Origin: Nitrospirota bacterium | GTDB taxonomy: Bacteria; Nitrospirota; UBA9217 | NCBI GenBank assembly: GCA_963845065.1 | Contig: CAWJQQ010000001.1 | Span: 576,001-640,000 of the forward strand | Reading direction: 5' to 3' | Length of the DNA: 64,000 nt | Shown: piece by piece, positions 1 to 9,934 of the stretch | How positions within the stretch are numbered: the stretch's first letter is position 1 | Layout of the letters: every line of letters begins with the position of its first letter | Translations under genes and position numbers: made by a program | Notes under the pieces: model-generated | Seen by the model: only the letters and a program-made list of their open reading frames with translations | Database searches by the model: none | Told to the model about the DNA's origin: nothing

Positions 1-243
1 AGAGTAATAATTCCATATGCTTTCAAATAATGAAAATACGACATTTAGAGGTTCCCATTGAAATAATAAAGTTTAAATTTTAACGGTGCATTATAGCGAT
101 TGCAAAGGGGCGAGTCCACCCTATTATCCATTCGATTTAGATTTGCCATCAGAGGCTACTGTGATATACTGTCGTCGAAATAATATTAGGTTTTACAAAT
201 ATCGAGTGTCAGAGCATTATATTCTTGAAAGGAAGGTTTAATC

Positions 244-1251
244 ATGAAATCGCTTATTGTCATGGTTCTTCTACTTATCAGTGTAACGGCACACGCAGCA
301 TCAGGTTATCATGTTATCAATAAACTCCAATTGGGGGGTGAAGGTGGTTGGGATTACTTGACTGTGGATAGTGCAGCCCATCGGCTGTATATTTCCCGCA
401 GCACTCATGTCATGGTTATCGACACCCTGACTGATAAAATGATTGGCGATATTCCCGATACCCCAGGAGTCCACGGCATAGCACTTGCACCCGAACTGAG
501 CCGCGGTTTTATCAGCAATGGCAAGGCGCATAGGGCTACCATGTTCGATATAAAAACTCTGAAGGTAATCGGACAAGTTCAAACCGGAGAGAATCCTGAT
601 GCTATATTATATGAACCTGATTCTCAACGAGTATTCACCTTCAACGGGAAAAGCAAAGATGCTACAGTATTTGAGGCAACTTCAGGCAAGGTTCTAGGGA
701 CGATTGCTCTCGGCGGTAAGCCGGAATTTGCAACTACTGATAATAAGGGCAGGGTTTTTGTAAATATCGAGGATACAAGCGAGGTTATCGAACTGGACAG
801 TAAAAAGCTTTCGATAGTTAAACGCAGTTCTTTAAGTCCCTGTGAAGAACCGTCGGGTATGGCAATTGATATAGAGCATCATCGGACATTTTCAGGATGC
901 CACAACAAGATTATGGTAATCATGGACGTGGATTCTGGAAAGGTAATTGCTACTGCCCCTATTGGGACAGGCGTTGATGCGAATGCTTTTGATGCAGAGA
1001 CAGGGCTTGCATTTAGTTCAAATGGTGAGGGAACGCTCACGGTTGTCCGAGAATCATCACAGGGAAAGTTTGATGCGGAGACAGTGCCAACCCAACGGAG
1101 TGCTCGAACGATGGCAATAGATGCAAAGACCAAAAAAATATATATGCCTGTAGCCGAGTTTACCCCTGCACCTGCGCCAACGCCAGAAGTACCGAAGCCT
1201 AGACCTATTATGATTAAGGATAGCTTTGCGGTTCTTGTGGTTGGGAAGTAA
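244..1251 (+). CDS. YncE/YVTN-type beta-propeller secreted protein
   Basis: Signal peptide, GGWDYL and GVHGIA motifs, repeated beta-propeller blades; RBS GAAAGGAAGG. Confidence 0.85.
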   Translation: MKSLIVMVLLLISVTAHAASGYHVINKLQLGGEGGWDYLTVDSAAHRLYISRSTHVMVIDTLTDKMIGDIPDTPGVHGIALAPELSRGFISNGKAHRATMFDIKTLKVIGQVQTGENPDAILYEPDSQRVFTFNGKSKDATVFEATSGKVLGTIALGGKPEFATTDNKGRVFVNIEDTSEVIELDSKKLSIVKRSSLSPCEEPSGMAIDIEHHRTFSGCHNKIMVIMDVDSGKVIATAPIGTGVDANAFDAETGLAFSSNGEGTLTVVRESSQGKFDAETVPTQRSARTMAIDAKTKKIYMPVAEFTPAPAPTPEVPKPRPIMIKDSFAVLVVGK

Positions 1252-1278
1252 TTCCAATAGGTAAAGAAGAGCTACTAG

Positions 1279-2020
1279 ATGAGTTATCGCTTTTGTATTG
1301 TTGTATTCCTTCTCATATTAACAGTGGGGCCTGCTTCTGCAGGTCCCCACTCCTTACCAACGACCCTGACACACCTGGAGACAAACACTGGGAAATTAAC
1401 GTAGCTTTTATCCTCAACAGATATCAAACCAATCCACGTATGAAGCTCCTAACCTTGACCTTAATTATGGCGTAGGGGATAATATCCAAATAAAATATGA
1501 AGTCCCTTGGTTAATTCTCAACGAGCAGGGAATCGGAACTCAGAGCGGGTTGGGTAATTCGAATTTTGGAGTTAAATGGCGGTTTATCGATGAGGAACAG
1601 TATGGAGTAAATATGTCTACCTATCCCCAGTTCGAGTTCAATTCCCTAACGTCCTCAGTCAACAGAGGGCTTGTTGAAGAAGGGACGAGCTTGCTTCTCC
1701 CCGCTGAGGTATCAAATAAAATAGAGCTGGTTTTGATAGACGGAGAAGTCGGTTATACAATCGAGCAGCAACATGAAGATGAATGGTTGTACGGCCTCTT
1801 CATTGGCTATGATATTCGGCAGAAACTGACTATTCTCGGTGAAATCCACAACATAACTGCGAAAGGGTTCAATAGAAATGATACTTTTTTCAATATTGGC
1901 ACTCAGTGAGACTTTACGAAGAAATACGGCCTTTTGGCATCGGCCGGTAGGAGCCTCGATAGAGGCACAAGCGATGAGCCTAATGTACTTCTCTACTTAG
2001 GGCTGCAAATACGCTTATGA
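1279..2020 (+). pseudogene. Outer-membrane beta-barrel transporter-like pseudogene
   Basis: ATG 1279 signal peptide ..ASAGP, frameshift to PLLTNDPDTPG..WEIN, second frameshift to YEAPNLDLNYG..GVKWRF, in-frame TGA at 1907-1909, ends LYLGLQIRL*. Confidence 0.7.
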
Positions 2021-2098
2021 TAGGAAGGGTTTGCCGTCCTGGTGCCGAATGGCGAAGGGACAGAGAATGTCAGTGAGGCGGATGCTGTGAAAGCGATT

Positions 2099-2824
2099 TT
2101 AGCGGTCAAGCATTTTAACCCAGAAGCCCGTCATCCCCAACCATTCGGCATTTTCAAAACCTGCTTCTTCCAGTAATCTAATTTGATCCCGGACCGGGAC
2201 CGCACCGCCGATTCATTGTGACCACGCTTCAGCGCTTCCCGCTAGGGACGAAGGTAAATCTTTTTCCAGGACAACATCGGCACACTGGAGTTTTCCGCCC
2301 GGCTTCAGGACGCGATATATTTCCTTGAAGCTGGTCTGCATAATGGGAGAAAGGTTGATGACACCGTTTGACATCACGATATCGAAGGAATGGTCATCAT
2401 AGGGGATCGTTTCTGAATCTACTTTCTTTATCTCAAAGTTCGTAATGCCTGCAAGGGTGAGATTCTCTCTTGCCCGCACTACCGTATTTTCCGTTAAATC
2501 TATTCCGCAGACCAGTCCTCTTTCACCAACTAGCTTGCTCGCAACAAAAAGGTCAAAACCCGCGCCGCACCCGAGATCCAGCACGCCGGCTCTAAGTCGG
2601 ATATTGCCTAACAAGAATGGGTTACCGACGACGCACAATGATTCAAAGAACCTGGTGTGGGCGCTTTCTATATCGGCAGGATCGTATCCTAACGCCTTTG
2701 CTCCGTCCTTGCCTATGGGATATTGGAAACTTCCCCTCTCTGAAATGGATACTTCAGCGATTTTATCGCGTATTGCTTTTCTGATCTCCTGCAAATCCGG
2801 GTAGGATTCTTGAAAGAGCTTCAT
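2099..2824 (-). CDS. ArsM-like class I SAM methyltransferase, probable selenoprotein (UGA at 2213-2215)
   Basis: VLDLGCGAGFD, SNGVINL, CVVGNPF motifs; frame continues past TGA as WSQ-U-IGGAVPVRDQIRLLEEAGFEN to TAA 2099-2101; hairpin directly after UGA. Confidence 0.75.
2185..2201 (-). promoter_or_regulatory. Candidate bacterial SECIS hairpin
   Basis: GGUCCC-GGUCC-GGGAUC stem-loop starting 11 nt after UGA, G at the start of the apical loop. Confidence 0.6.
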
Positions 2825-3230
2825 AGTGACATCCACTCGGCCAGCGCCGACTGATGGCGATCAAGTGGGTGTAACGATATTTATTCTAATTGGTCAGTCA
2901 TGGCAAATCTCTCTTTAGATATGATTGTCAATTTATCGCTGACATCAAATTAGATTAGGCATATATTCGTGTAAAAGTAGATCAGTTAGTATTGGACTCC
3001 ATTTGCCAGTTTTGTTCGTGCATGCACTGTGCTATTATAGTGTCTACAAACAGGAGTAATGAATGGCATTTCATTATGAGGGGTATGACCTCGATAGCAG
3101 GCATAACTAACTCTTCACCTCTCTCTCATGAAATATAGAGGCGTTCGCGATGTACCTTTTGTACGATTTGTTATGTATTACAACGTTCAAGTACAACTGT
3201 TAACAATTGACCTCTTCTATAAATATTTGA

Positions 3231-4400
3231 ATGGCGAGCGACAAATCCATATTTTACCTTCCCTTCGAGCCTGACAGAAACCTCCAGCCCAAGCCGGAGC
3301 AGATAAATGAGTTTCTCGAAAGCAGAGGTAAGGACGTCGGCAAAGGCCTGCACGGCGAAGACCTCGCATACTATCGCCGCCTGCTCGCGCGCGTCGATGC
3401 TTTTGGACAAGCGCAGCAGCAGGATGCGAAGGGAAGGGACCTTCACAATCAAATGGTCTATGCTGTTCTCCGTTATTCCCGGTTTGCGGATCACAACCTC
3501 CTGTCTGCGGTGGAACTATTTCAATATCACCTACATACGCTCAAACTCAAATCGAACGATTTCAGTACTACGACCTCATTCATCCGGTCAGCCGGGAGGA
3601 CATTGAGTAAGCTCAACAGGGACAAGATTACTGATGTGCTTAGGATGGTGAGACTCCAGGAGATGATTAACGAGCGAAACAAAATCATCGAGAAACTCAA
3701 GCTGCCATCGCTTGCATTAATAGCTGAACTTTGCCGCATTGCACTGTATATCCATGGAACCCTCGCCGAGATTATAAAACGCTGTCAAGCATCGATCGTC
3801 ATGCTCTTGGACCCGAATGTTATCAGGAAGAAAGAAAAACAGATCATCGATGAACTTAAAGGACGGCCCAAAAAAGCGCTTCTAGCCGGAAAGATCGCCA
3901 AGCAGGACCTTGAGCGCGCAATACGAGAGGTCAATCTGATTTCGGGTAAAATGTCGTTTGTCGTAAGAGAAGATATTAACATGCTCAAAGTCCTCTACGA
4001 AGCCCTACAAGGACGGCTGCGGAAAACAGTGCAGGTCATTGAAGCCCCGCTGGCGGAGATTAATTGTAAAAAGAACAGAAGCATTGAAGAACTCCAACAG
4101 TTCTTTTCTGAGGTCGAGCACGCTCTTGTCTCGCTTCTGTCTACTCATCACCTGGAACAGCTGGCGCCGGATATTCGCATTGAAGCAGCATATAAAAAAA
4201 TTATCACGAAAAAAAGAGAAGAGATGCTAGGTTACCTCTTTGAAATCCTTCCGAAAGGCCTTAGGACCCAGCCTGATCGTCGGTCTTCAAAGGCGCGTAG
4301 GAAGTTCAATGAAACCAACTATCAAGGGCCCAGTCGAAGAAGTGGTAGGGACAGAAGGACCGGGAATGACCGCAGAAAATCGATGATTGGTTCTTCTTGA
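3231..4400 (+). CDS. Hypothetical helical protein with C-terminal DRR/RRxG repeats
   Basis: 389-aa ORF; tail PDRRSSKARRK..YQGPSRRSGRDRRTGNDRRK. Confidence 0.65.
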   Translation: MASDKSIFYLPFEPDRNLQPKPEQINEFLESRGKDVGKGLHGEDLAYYRRLLARVDAFGQAQQQDAKGRDLHNQMVYAVLRYSRFADHNLLSAVELFQYHLHTLKLKSNDFSTTTSFIRSAGRTLSKLNRDKITDVLRMVRLQEMINERNKIIEKLKLPSLALIAELCRIALYIHGTLAEIIKRCQASIVMLLDPNVIRKKEKQIIDELKGRPKKALLAGKIAKQDLERAIREVNLISGKMSFVVREDINMLKVLYEALQGRLRKTVQVIEAPLAEINCKKNRSIEELQQFFSEVEHALVSLLSTHHLEQLAPDIRIEAAYKKIITKKREEMLGYLFEILPKGLRTQPDRRSSKARRKFNETNYQGPSRRSGRDRRTGNDRRKSMIGSS

Positions 4401-4454
4401 GGCACTTTTTTCCGTTATTGACATCCTGAACTCATCATTAGGAAGCCCTCTGGA

Positions 4455-4730
4455 TCATGCGACCTTCCGGCCGAACTCCGTTCGCTCCTCGAAGTTTTTG
4501 ATAAACTGTGCGACCTGTACGCCCAGATACACGCACTTGATACCGTTCATGCATTCATCGGCATCCTTTTTTTCGAGATAGGTGCTCAACTGCTCCTGCC
4601 CGCGTATAAACGTTATGACATAAGCGTTCTTCTCTGCGCTGAAGCCAACGCTTACGAAAAAATGATGTTCCCCGATCTCGGGATACATCTCAAGGATCTT
4701 GTCTTTTAATTCACCATGCGTAAACACCAT
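4455..4730 (-). CDS. Small hypothetical protein
   Basis: GGAGG RBS before ATG 4730; LKDKILEMYPEI..KKDADECMNGIKCVYLGVQ. Confidence 0.7.
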   Translation of the reverse strand: MVFTHGELKDKILEMYPEIGEHHFFVSVGFSAEKNAYVITFIRGQEQLSTYLEKKDADECMNGIKCVYLGVQVAQFIKNFEERTEFGRKVA

Positions 4731-4945
4731 ATTAACCTCCCTTCCCGCTGTTCCCGGGATACTCAACTCTGAGAACTCATGACTATACCCATCTATCATC
4801 CTGAACGCAGATCAATATCTCGATTCTTTAGCAGTACAACATTCTTCTCTAGACCACTCCTCAGTGGTTCAAATCCAGATCCTTCTCTGTCTCCCAGGAT
4901 GATATTTTATCTATCATTATAATTAATATTTTCGACAGACTTCTC

Positions 4946-5344
4946 TTACGCTACCCTCTTCTTTGTGTCCCATTCATGGGCCGATTTCTTGACATTGGCT
5001 ATCATTGCAGGCGTAAACTCCTTGATCCCATGGGCTTCCCTGGCATGGACAGCCACACCGTCTACGATCAACTCTTCGGTCATGGCTATATACCGCCAGT
5101 TGCATTCCGGTTTCACCTTACAATTATACTCCTTCAAAACGATATTCGCTGCATTTGCGGCATCCACTGCACTGGGGTTGAGAAAAAGGTTTTTTATTTT
5201 CCCCAGCATATCAGGCCCGACCTCTTTTACGCCATGAACGTCCCGCAAATGAATGGCCACAATATCGGCTAGCAGTTCCTCGGTCTTTGCAATGTGCTTC
5301 CATGAGCATTTGTTTCCCAAGCTTTCGCATCTGAATTCTCTCAT
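4946..5344 (-). CDS. Tandem DUF1059-domain small metal-binding protein
   Basis: Two C-x5/6-C-x-W...TEEL...H-x3-H repeats; AGGAGG RBS. Confidence 0.8.
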   Translation of the reverse strand: MREFRCESLGNKCSWKHIAKTEELLADIVAIHLRDVHGVKEVGPDMLGKIKNLFLNPSAVDAANAANIVLKEYNCKVKPECNWRYIAMTEELIVDGVAVHAREAHGIKEFTPAMIANVKKSAHEWDTKKRVA

Positions 5345-5556
5345 AAGACACCTCCTGATCATTATTTCAGAATAATAGCATGAAGCCCTCTTAGCTTTAA
5401 TTATAGCATGCTTATTCCTAGAACACTCATTCTGAGAACTTATTTAATAAAAATAAACGCGACTGATTTTATAGTACAAGCTGGCTCTGACATAAAGACA
5501 ATAATCGGGTGTTTAAGGGGAATGTCGAATTTTCTAACGAGGATTTCAGCTTACAC

Positions 5557-5830
5557 CTTCCCCGATTTGATGGACACCTCGAGTAGTTGTATAATCGGGA
5601 GAGGAGGCGCTTAAGGCGAAGAGCGAACGTCGTCAATTCACGCAAGAGTTCAAAAGAAATGCTGTTAATTTGGTAATGGAGAAAGGTGTTTTTGTTAGGA
5701 ATGTTGCGTGTGACCTTGATATTCATCCGAATCTGGTACATCAATGGAGGAGGATGTGTAGGACAGAAGCTGACGACTCCTTTGTGGGGACGGGGAATTT
5801 AAAGTCTGAGGACGCAGAATTGAAGCGCCC
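5557..5830 (+). mobile_element. IS3-family left end and orfA remnant
   Basis: RRQFTQEFKRNAVNLV..VACDLDIHPNLVHQW HTH; IS3-like end CCCCGATTTGATGGACAC; truncated. Confidence 0.7.
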
Positions 5831-5988
5831 CCAGTTTTACACCTCCGCTAATATTATATGAAACGCGACATCGCCTACAATCATGCACGCGTGCATCGCG
5901 ATCAGGTATCCTTTTATGGGTGGATATGCCATAATTGAATTGATTGACGTGCTATTTTTTAGTAGAGAACTAGATACTTTTATTCATC

Positions 5989-6270
5989 GTGCTTAAAGAA
6001 CAGATCCACCAAGTGTTAGCCGAACATTCGCATTCCATTACCGGCTATCATAAGCTGCGGACACGGAAGTCAGGACCGATACGTTATATTGATCTGCACA
6101 TGGTTGTTCCCCGACGCAGCACAGTTGAAGACGCGCATTTATTGAGTCATCGCATCAGTGCCCGGATTCGGGAACGTCTTGCCAATAGCCAGGTATTGGT
6201 CCACATCGAGCCATGTAACGGTCTTTGCGATGGATGTCGTCTGGATTGTAAGGCCTTAACCAACTATTGA
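5989..6270 (+). pseudogene. Isolated C-terminal dimerization domain of a cation diffusion facilitator (FieF-like)
   Basis: HKLRTRKSGP..IDLHMVV..AH..VLVHIEP; no transmembrane domain upstream. Confidence 0.7.
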
Positions 6271-6334
6271 TCAATGTTCTCTGCAACACAGAAGAACCGG
6301 TAATGAAAAAAAATGATTAAAATCCAAAAAAAAC

Positions 6335-6363
6335 TTGACATCATTCGCATAGTCTGTTATAAG
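6335..6363 (+). promoter_or_regulatory. Sigma70 promoter of the Mg-uptake operon leader
   Basis: TTGACA-17 nt-TATAAG with extended -10 TG. Confidence 0.75.
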
Positions 6364-6420
6364 CGGTTTCGAAAGTTGTTTTGACTGCAAAACATCAAAA
6401 AAAGTCAGGAGGTGATGTCT

Positions 6421-6540
6421 ATGGACGGTGGCCCAAGTAGCCTACATATCATTTACGAGATAACTATCTCGCAGCTTTCGGTAATAACGAAAGGAAGGGT
6501 CCGTCCATTGCTCGCTTCCATTATGCCGCTTTCCTACTAG
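6421..6540 (+). CDS. Putative 39-aa leader peptide, copy 1 (MDGGPSSLHIIYEITISQLSVITKGRVRPLLASIMPLSY)
   Basis: Perfect SD AGGAGGTGA; frame and length conserved in copy 2 with six synonymous third-position changes. Confidence 0.55.
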   Translation: MDGGPSSLHIIYEITISQLSVITKGRVRPLLASIMPLSY

Positions 6541-6804
6541 CCACTCTTCTCTTTCCATTATTTCCGATAGCGCTTCCTGTACCATGCAGAACACGCACAT
6601 ACGCATGGGCCGTGAATGTTTTTGGTTCACGGTATAATCAAACAGCGGAGGTACGGATAATGGACCTCATCAAAATCATCTCGTTTTCCCGGCAACTTCT
6701 GAAAAGAATGCCTGTTTTTCTCCATAATTGCTCAACTGTCTGTTATAAGCAGTCTAATAGGGTTGTTTTGATTACAACACAACAAAAGTTAGGAGGTGAT
6801 GTCT

Positions 6805-6924
6805 ATGGACGGTGGCCCAAGTAGCCTACGTATCATTTACGAGATAACTATCTCGAAGCTTTCGGTAATAACGAAAAAAGGGGTTCGTCCGTTGCTTGCC
6901 TCCATCATGCCCTTTCCCTCCTAG
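6805..6924 (+). CDS. Putative 39-aa leader peptide, copy 2 (MDGGPSSLRIIYEITISKLSVITKKGVRPLLASIMPFPS)
   Basis: Same SD, same length and stop position as copy 1. Confidence 0.55.
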   Translation: MDGGPSSLRIIYEITISKLSVITKKGVRPLLASIMPFPS

Positions 6925-7048
6925 CGGCCGTTCTCTTCTTTCCATTATTTCCGATGGCACTTGCTGTACCATTTAGAACACGCAAATACGCATGGTCCGT
7001 GAATGTTTTTTGTTCACGGTAACAATCAAGCAGTCGGAGGTACAGATA

Positions 7049-8431
7049 ATGGACTTCATCGAAATCATTTCGTTTTCTCAGCAACGTCTGAAAAAGTGCT
7101 CGCTATTTACCGTAACGTTGCTCATCGCTGTGACCTGCAACACAGCGTCTGCTGAAACTGCACCTGAACCGGCCTGGGCACCCCAATTACTGGGGCTGCA
7201 GGCAACTATAATCTATCAAAACATGCCGCCGTTTCGAAGCCCCTACGAGGGACCGAACAGCCTTACGTTTGATCACGGTTTAGGGCAAGGCCATACTGAA
7301 ACGTATGGCGTCTACCTCGGCTCCCGAATAGCCCCGACACTCCAGACCTATCTTGATATTGAAGAGGAACGCGGTGATGGGATCAGCCGAGCTGTCGGTC
7401 TGGGCGGCATCACGAACGGTGACGTAATCAGGGAGGGTTCGGTGGATTTGGGACAGAACCCGTATATTGCGCGACTTTACCTTCGATACTATATTCCTTT
7501 ATCGCAGGAAAATGATCCACTAGCTACTCGGAGTATGGATCAACTACCTGGAAATGAACCCGGGAGTAGGGTGGAGATAAAGATTGGGTTAATGGCTGCA
7601 ACTGATGACTTCGATCTCAACCGGTATGCCAACAATACGCGGACACAATTTATGAACTGGGGGCTCATCAACAACACCGCGTGGGATTTTGCCGCAGACA
7701 CCCGCGGATATGACTACGGTTTTGTCGTTGCTTTAGTCGAGCCATTCTGGCGATTGGCTTTTGGCAGCTACCAAATGCCGACCATGGCCAACGGTAATAC
7801 ATTTGATGGCCATATCGAACAGGCCCGTGGCGATAATTTAGAACTCACGCTCAGACCGAATCAGCAGGGGACGGTGCTTCGTTTTTTAGCCTATCGTAAT
7901 CTTGCGCGCATGGGAGATTATGCGGATGCGATTGCGAACGGGGATGCGAGTTCATCAACGCCGAACATTGCTGCAGATGACAAGCTTGGACGTTCAAAAT
8001 ATGGATTTGGCTTCAATGTAGAGCAACCTCTCGCGGATGACGGTGAAACCGGAGTTTTTGCAAGGATCGGTTGGAACGACGGTCATACTGAAGATTTTGC
8101 ATTTACGGAAGTAGACCGACACCTCAGCACCGGCGTACAGGTGAGCGGAATGCATTGGGGCCGGACAGACGACCGTTTCGGAATCGCTTATGTGTGGCAC
8201 GGCTTATCACCTGAGCATCGTGATTATCTGGCTGCCGGCGGAATCGGATTTGTGCTCGGTGACGGCAAGCTCAACTACGGGTTAGAGCAGATCCTCGAAA
8301 CTTATTACCGAGTTCAACTCGGTCAGTATGCTCAACTGAGTCCGGATTTTCAATTTATTCAAAACCCCGGGTATAACCGTGACCGTGGGTCTGTTGAAGT
8401 ATATTCTCTGCGCTTTCGCCTTAACTATTAA
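7049..8431 (+). CDS. OprB-family porin (MnoP-like metal porin)
   Basis: GGAGG RBS, signal peptide, WDFAADTRGY, NPGYNRDRG, aromatic C-terminal residue. Confidence 0.85.
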   Translation: MDFIEIISFSQQRLKKCSLFTVTLLIAVTCNTASAETAPEPAWAPQLLGLQATIIYQNMPPFRSPYEGPNSLTFDHGLGQGHTETYGVYLGSRIAPTLQTYLDIEEERGDGISRAVGLGGITNGDVIREGSVDLGQNPYIARLYLRYYIPLSQENDPLATRSMDQLPGNEPGSRVEIKIGLMAATDDFDLNRYANNTRTQFMNWGLINNTAWDFAADTRGYDYGFVVALVEPFWRLAFGSYQMPTMANGNTFDGHIEQARGDNLELTLRPNQQGTVLRFLAYRNLARMGDYADAIANGDASSSTPNIAADDKLGRSKYGFGFNVEQPLADDGETGVFARIGWNDGHTEDFAFTEVDRHLSTGVQVSGMHWGRTDDRFGIAYVWHGLSPEHRDYLAAGGIGFVLGDGKLNYGLEQILETYYRVQLGQYAQLSPDFQFIQNPGYNRDRGSVEVYSLRFRLNY

Positions 8432-8454
8432 TTTATCAGGAAGGAGGATATACA

Positions 8455-9726
8455 ATGAACATATTTACACGACTTTATTACCGGTTCCGCAGGATGTCTA
8501 AGGCGATGCGGCTTTTTTTGCTTACAGCGGGCCCCGGAGTTATCGTGATGGTTGCCGACAACGACGCGGGAGGGATCACGACCTACACTGCGACCGGGGC
8601 CAAATATGGAATGCACCTTTTGTGGTTTCTGATTCTCCTGGGTCCGGTGGCTTATTATGTTCAGGAAATGACAGTGCGACTGGGCGCGGTCACCAAACGA
8701 GGCCATGCAGAGGCCATCTTTGCGTCATTCGGCCGTCTTTGGGGCTGGTTTTCTTTGCTGGACCTGGTCCTGACCGACTGGCTCACCATGATCACAGAGT
8801 TCATCGGAATGACCGCGGCACTGAGTATCTTCCACGTTCCAGCGATGATAACGGTCGTGATCTGCTGGATTATCATGGGGGCTATGATAATGACCGGACG
8901 TTACTGGACATGGGAGAAGATCGCGCTTTTGTTCTGCGTGCTCAATCTGATCTACATTCCGGCTGCTTTCATGGTGCACCCAACGGTGCATGACATTGTC
9001 TTCAATAGCCTTGTCCCGCATTTTCCGCCGGGCGGCTTCACGAACGAGCTGTTTTTCCTCTTGATGGCAAATATTGGGACGACAATTGCGCCTTGGATGC
9101 CGTTCTTCCAGCAAAGCTCAGTCGTGGATAAAGGGCTGCATGAGAAGGACATCATGTTCGGGAAAATCGACACAGCAATCGGCGCGTTTCTGACGGTCGT
9201 TGTAGCGATGGTCTTGATCATTGTTTGCGGCAAGCTGCTTAATGGTGTGCCTGTGGATGATGCCGCAGTGGCAGCTACGACGATCATGCCCACTAGCAGG
9301 ACCATAGGCACATTGATCGCTATCGGACTTTTTGATGCCGGGCTGTTAGGAGCAATCTGCATATCGCTGGCGAGCTCCTGGGCCTTCGGGGAGATATTCG
9401 GCTGGGCTCATTCGCTTAATAACAAGGTCAGGGAAGCGCCTTGGTTCTATGCATACTATTTCTTTGACTTGCTGCTCGCCGGAACCGTTGTGTTGATCCC
9501 AGGCGCACCCCTTGTTCTCATAACACTTTTCGTCCAGGTCATCGCCACAACCCTGCTGCCTGCCGCTTTAGTCTTCTTGATTTTGCTTCTAAACGACAAG
9601 AAGACCATGGGCGAGTATGTCAACACGCGATGGGAGAACATCGTTAATATCGGCATCGTTGTCATTATTATCGCGCTTTCCACGTTGTATGGCCTCAGCA
9701 CCCTGTTCCCGGATATGTTTAAATAA
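8455..9726 (+). CDS. NRAMP-related divalent cation (probably Mg2+, NrmT-type) transporter
   Basis: GPG..ADNDAGGI instead of DPGN, QEMTVRLG, GTTIAPW..FFQQS; multiple TM helices. Confidence 0.88.
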   Translation: MNIFTRLYYRFRRMSKAMRLFLLTAGPGVIVMVADNDAGGITTYTATGAKYGMHLLWFLILLGPVAYYVQEMTVRLGAVTKRGHAEAIFASFGRLWGWFSLLDLVLTDWLTMITEFIGMTAALSIFHVPAMITVVICWIIMGAMIMTGRYWTWEKIALLFCVLNLIYIPAAFMVHPTVHDIVFNSLVPHFPPGGFTNELFFLLMANIGTTIAPWMPFFQQSSVVDKGLHEKDIMFGKIDTAIGAFLTVVVAMVLIIVCGKLLNGVPVDDAAVAATTIMPTSRTIGTLIAIGLFDAGLLGAICISLASSWAFGEIFGWAHSLNNKVREAPWFYAYYFFDLLLAGTVVLIPGAPLVLITLFVQVIATTLLPAALVFLILLLNDKKTMGEYVNTRWENIVNIGIVVIIIALSTLYGLSTLFPDMFK

Positions 9727-9745
9727 ATGATGAAGGAGATCAACC

Positions 9746-9922
9746 ATGATAAAAGATTTTTTCAATCACAGTTATGCGAAAGTTCGCGAAATCAACAAAA
9801 AATACGAGACCCCCAGCATAGAAATGTCGAAGCGGGTAAAGTTTTCTCTTTTGTTATTGCGGCTCTATCTTTTTACTCTGATAGGATTAACTCTTTACAA
9901 ATTCATCACATTGCTAAAATAA
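9746..9922 (+). CDS. Unannotated 58-aa single-TM membrane protein
   Basis: AAGGAG RBS; MIKDFFNHSYAKVREINKKYETPSIEMSKRVKFSLLLLRLYLFTLIGLTLYKFITLLK*; fills the intergenic gap; below the ORF-track cutoff. Confidence 0.75.
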   Translation: MIKDFFNHSYAKVREINKKYETPSIEMSKRVKFSLLLLRLYLFTLIGLTLYKFITLLK

Positions 9923-9934
9923 GGGAGGCGAATC

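Larger units (their letters stand above)
6352..7099 (+). repeat. Diverged tandem duplication (~385-bp period) of promoter-leader-porin 5' end
   Basis: 6352-6710 aligns with 6738-7099, including AGGAGGTGATGTCTATGGACGGTGGCCCAAGTAG and MDLIKIISFS vs MDFIEIISFS. Confidence 0.95.

Noticed and set aside
1907..1909. In-frame TGA in the outer-membrane transporter as a second selenocysteine
   Set aside because: Context TQ*DF fits a TGG-to-TGA change, the gene has two frameshifts, and no SECIS-like hairpin is evident
5883..5896. Perfect palindrome ATGCACGCGTGCAT
   Set aside because: Single occurrence between two gene remnants, no linked regulator
6364..6660. M-box (ykoK) or yybP-ykoY riboswitch
   Set aside because: Could not find their conserved sequence blocks by eye; reported as an unknown leader instead
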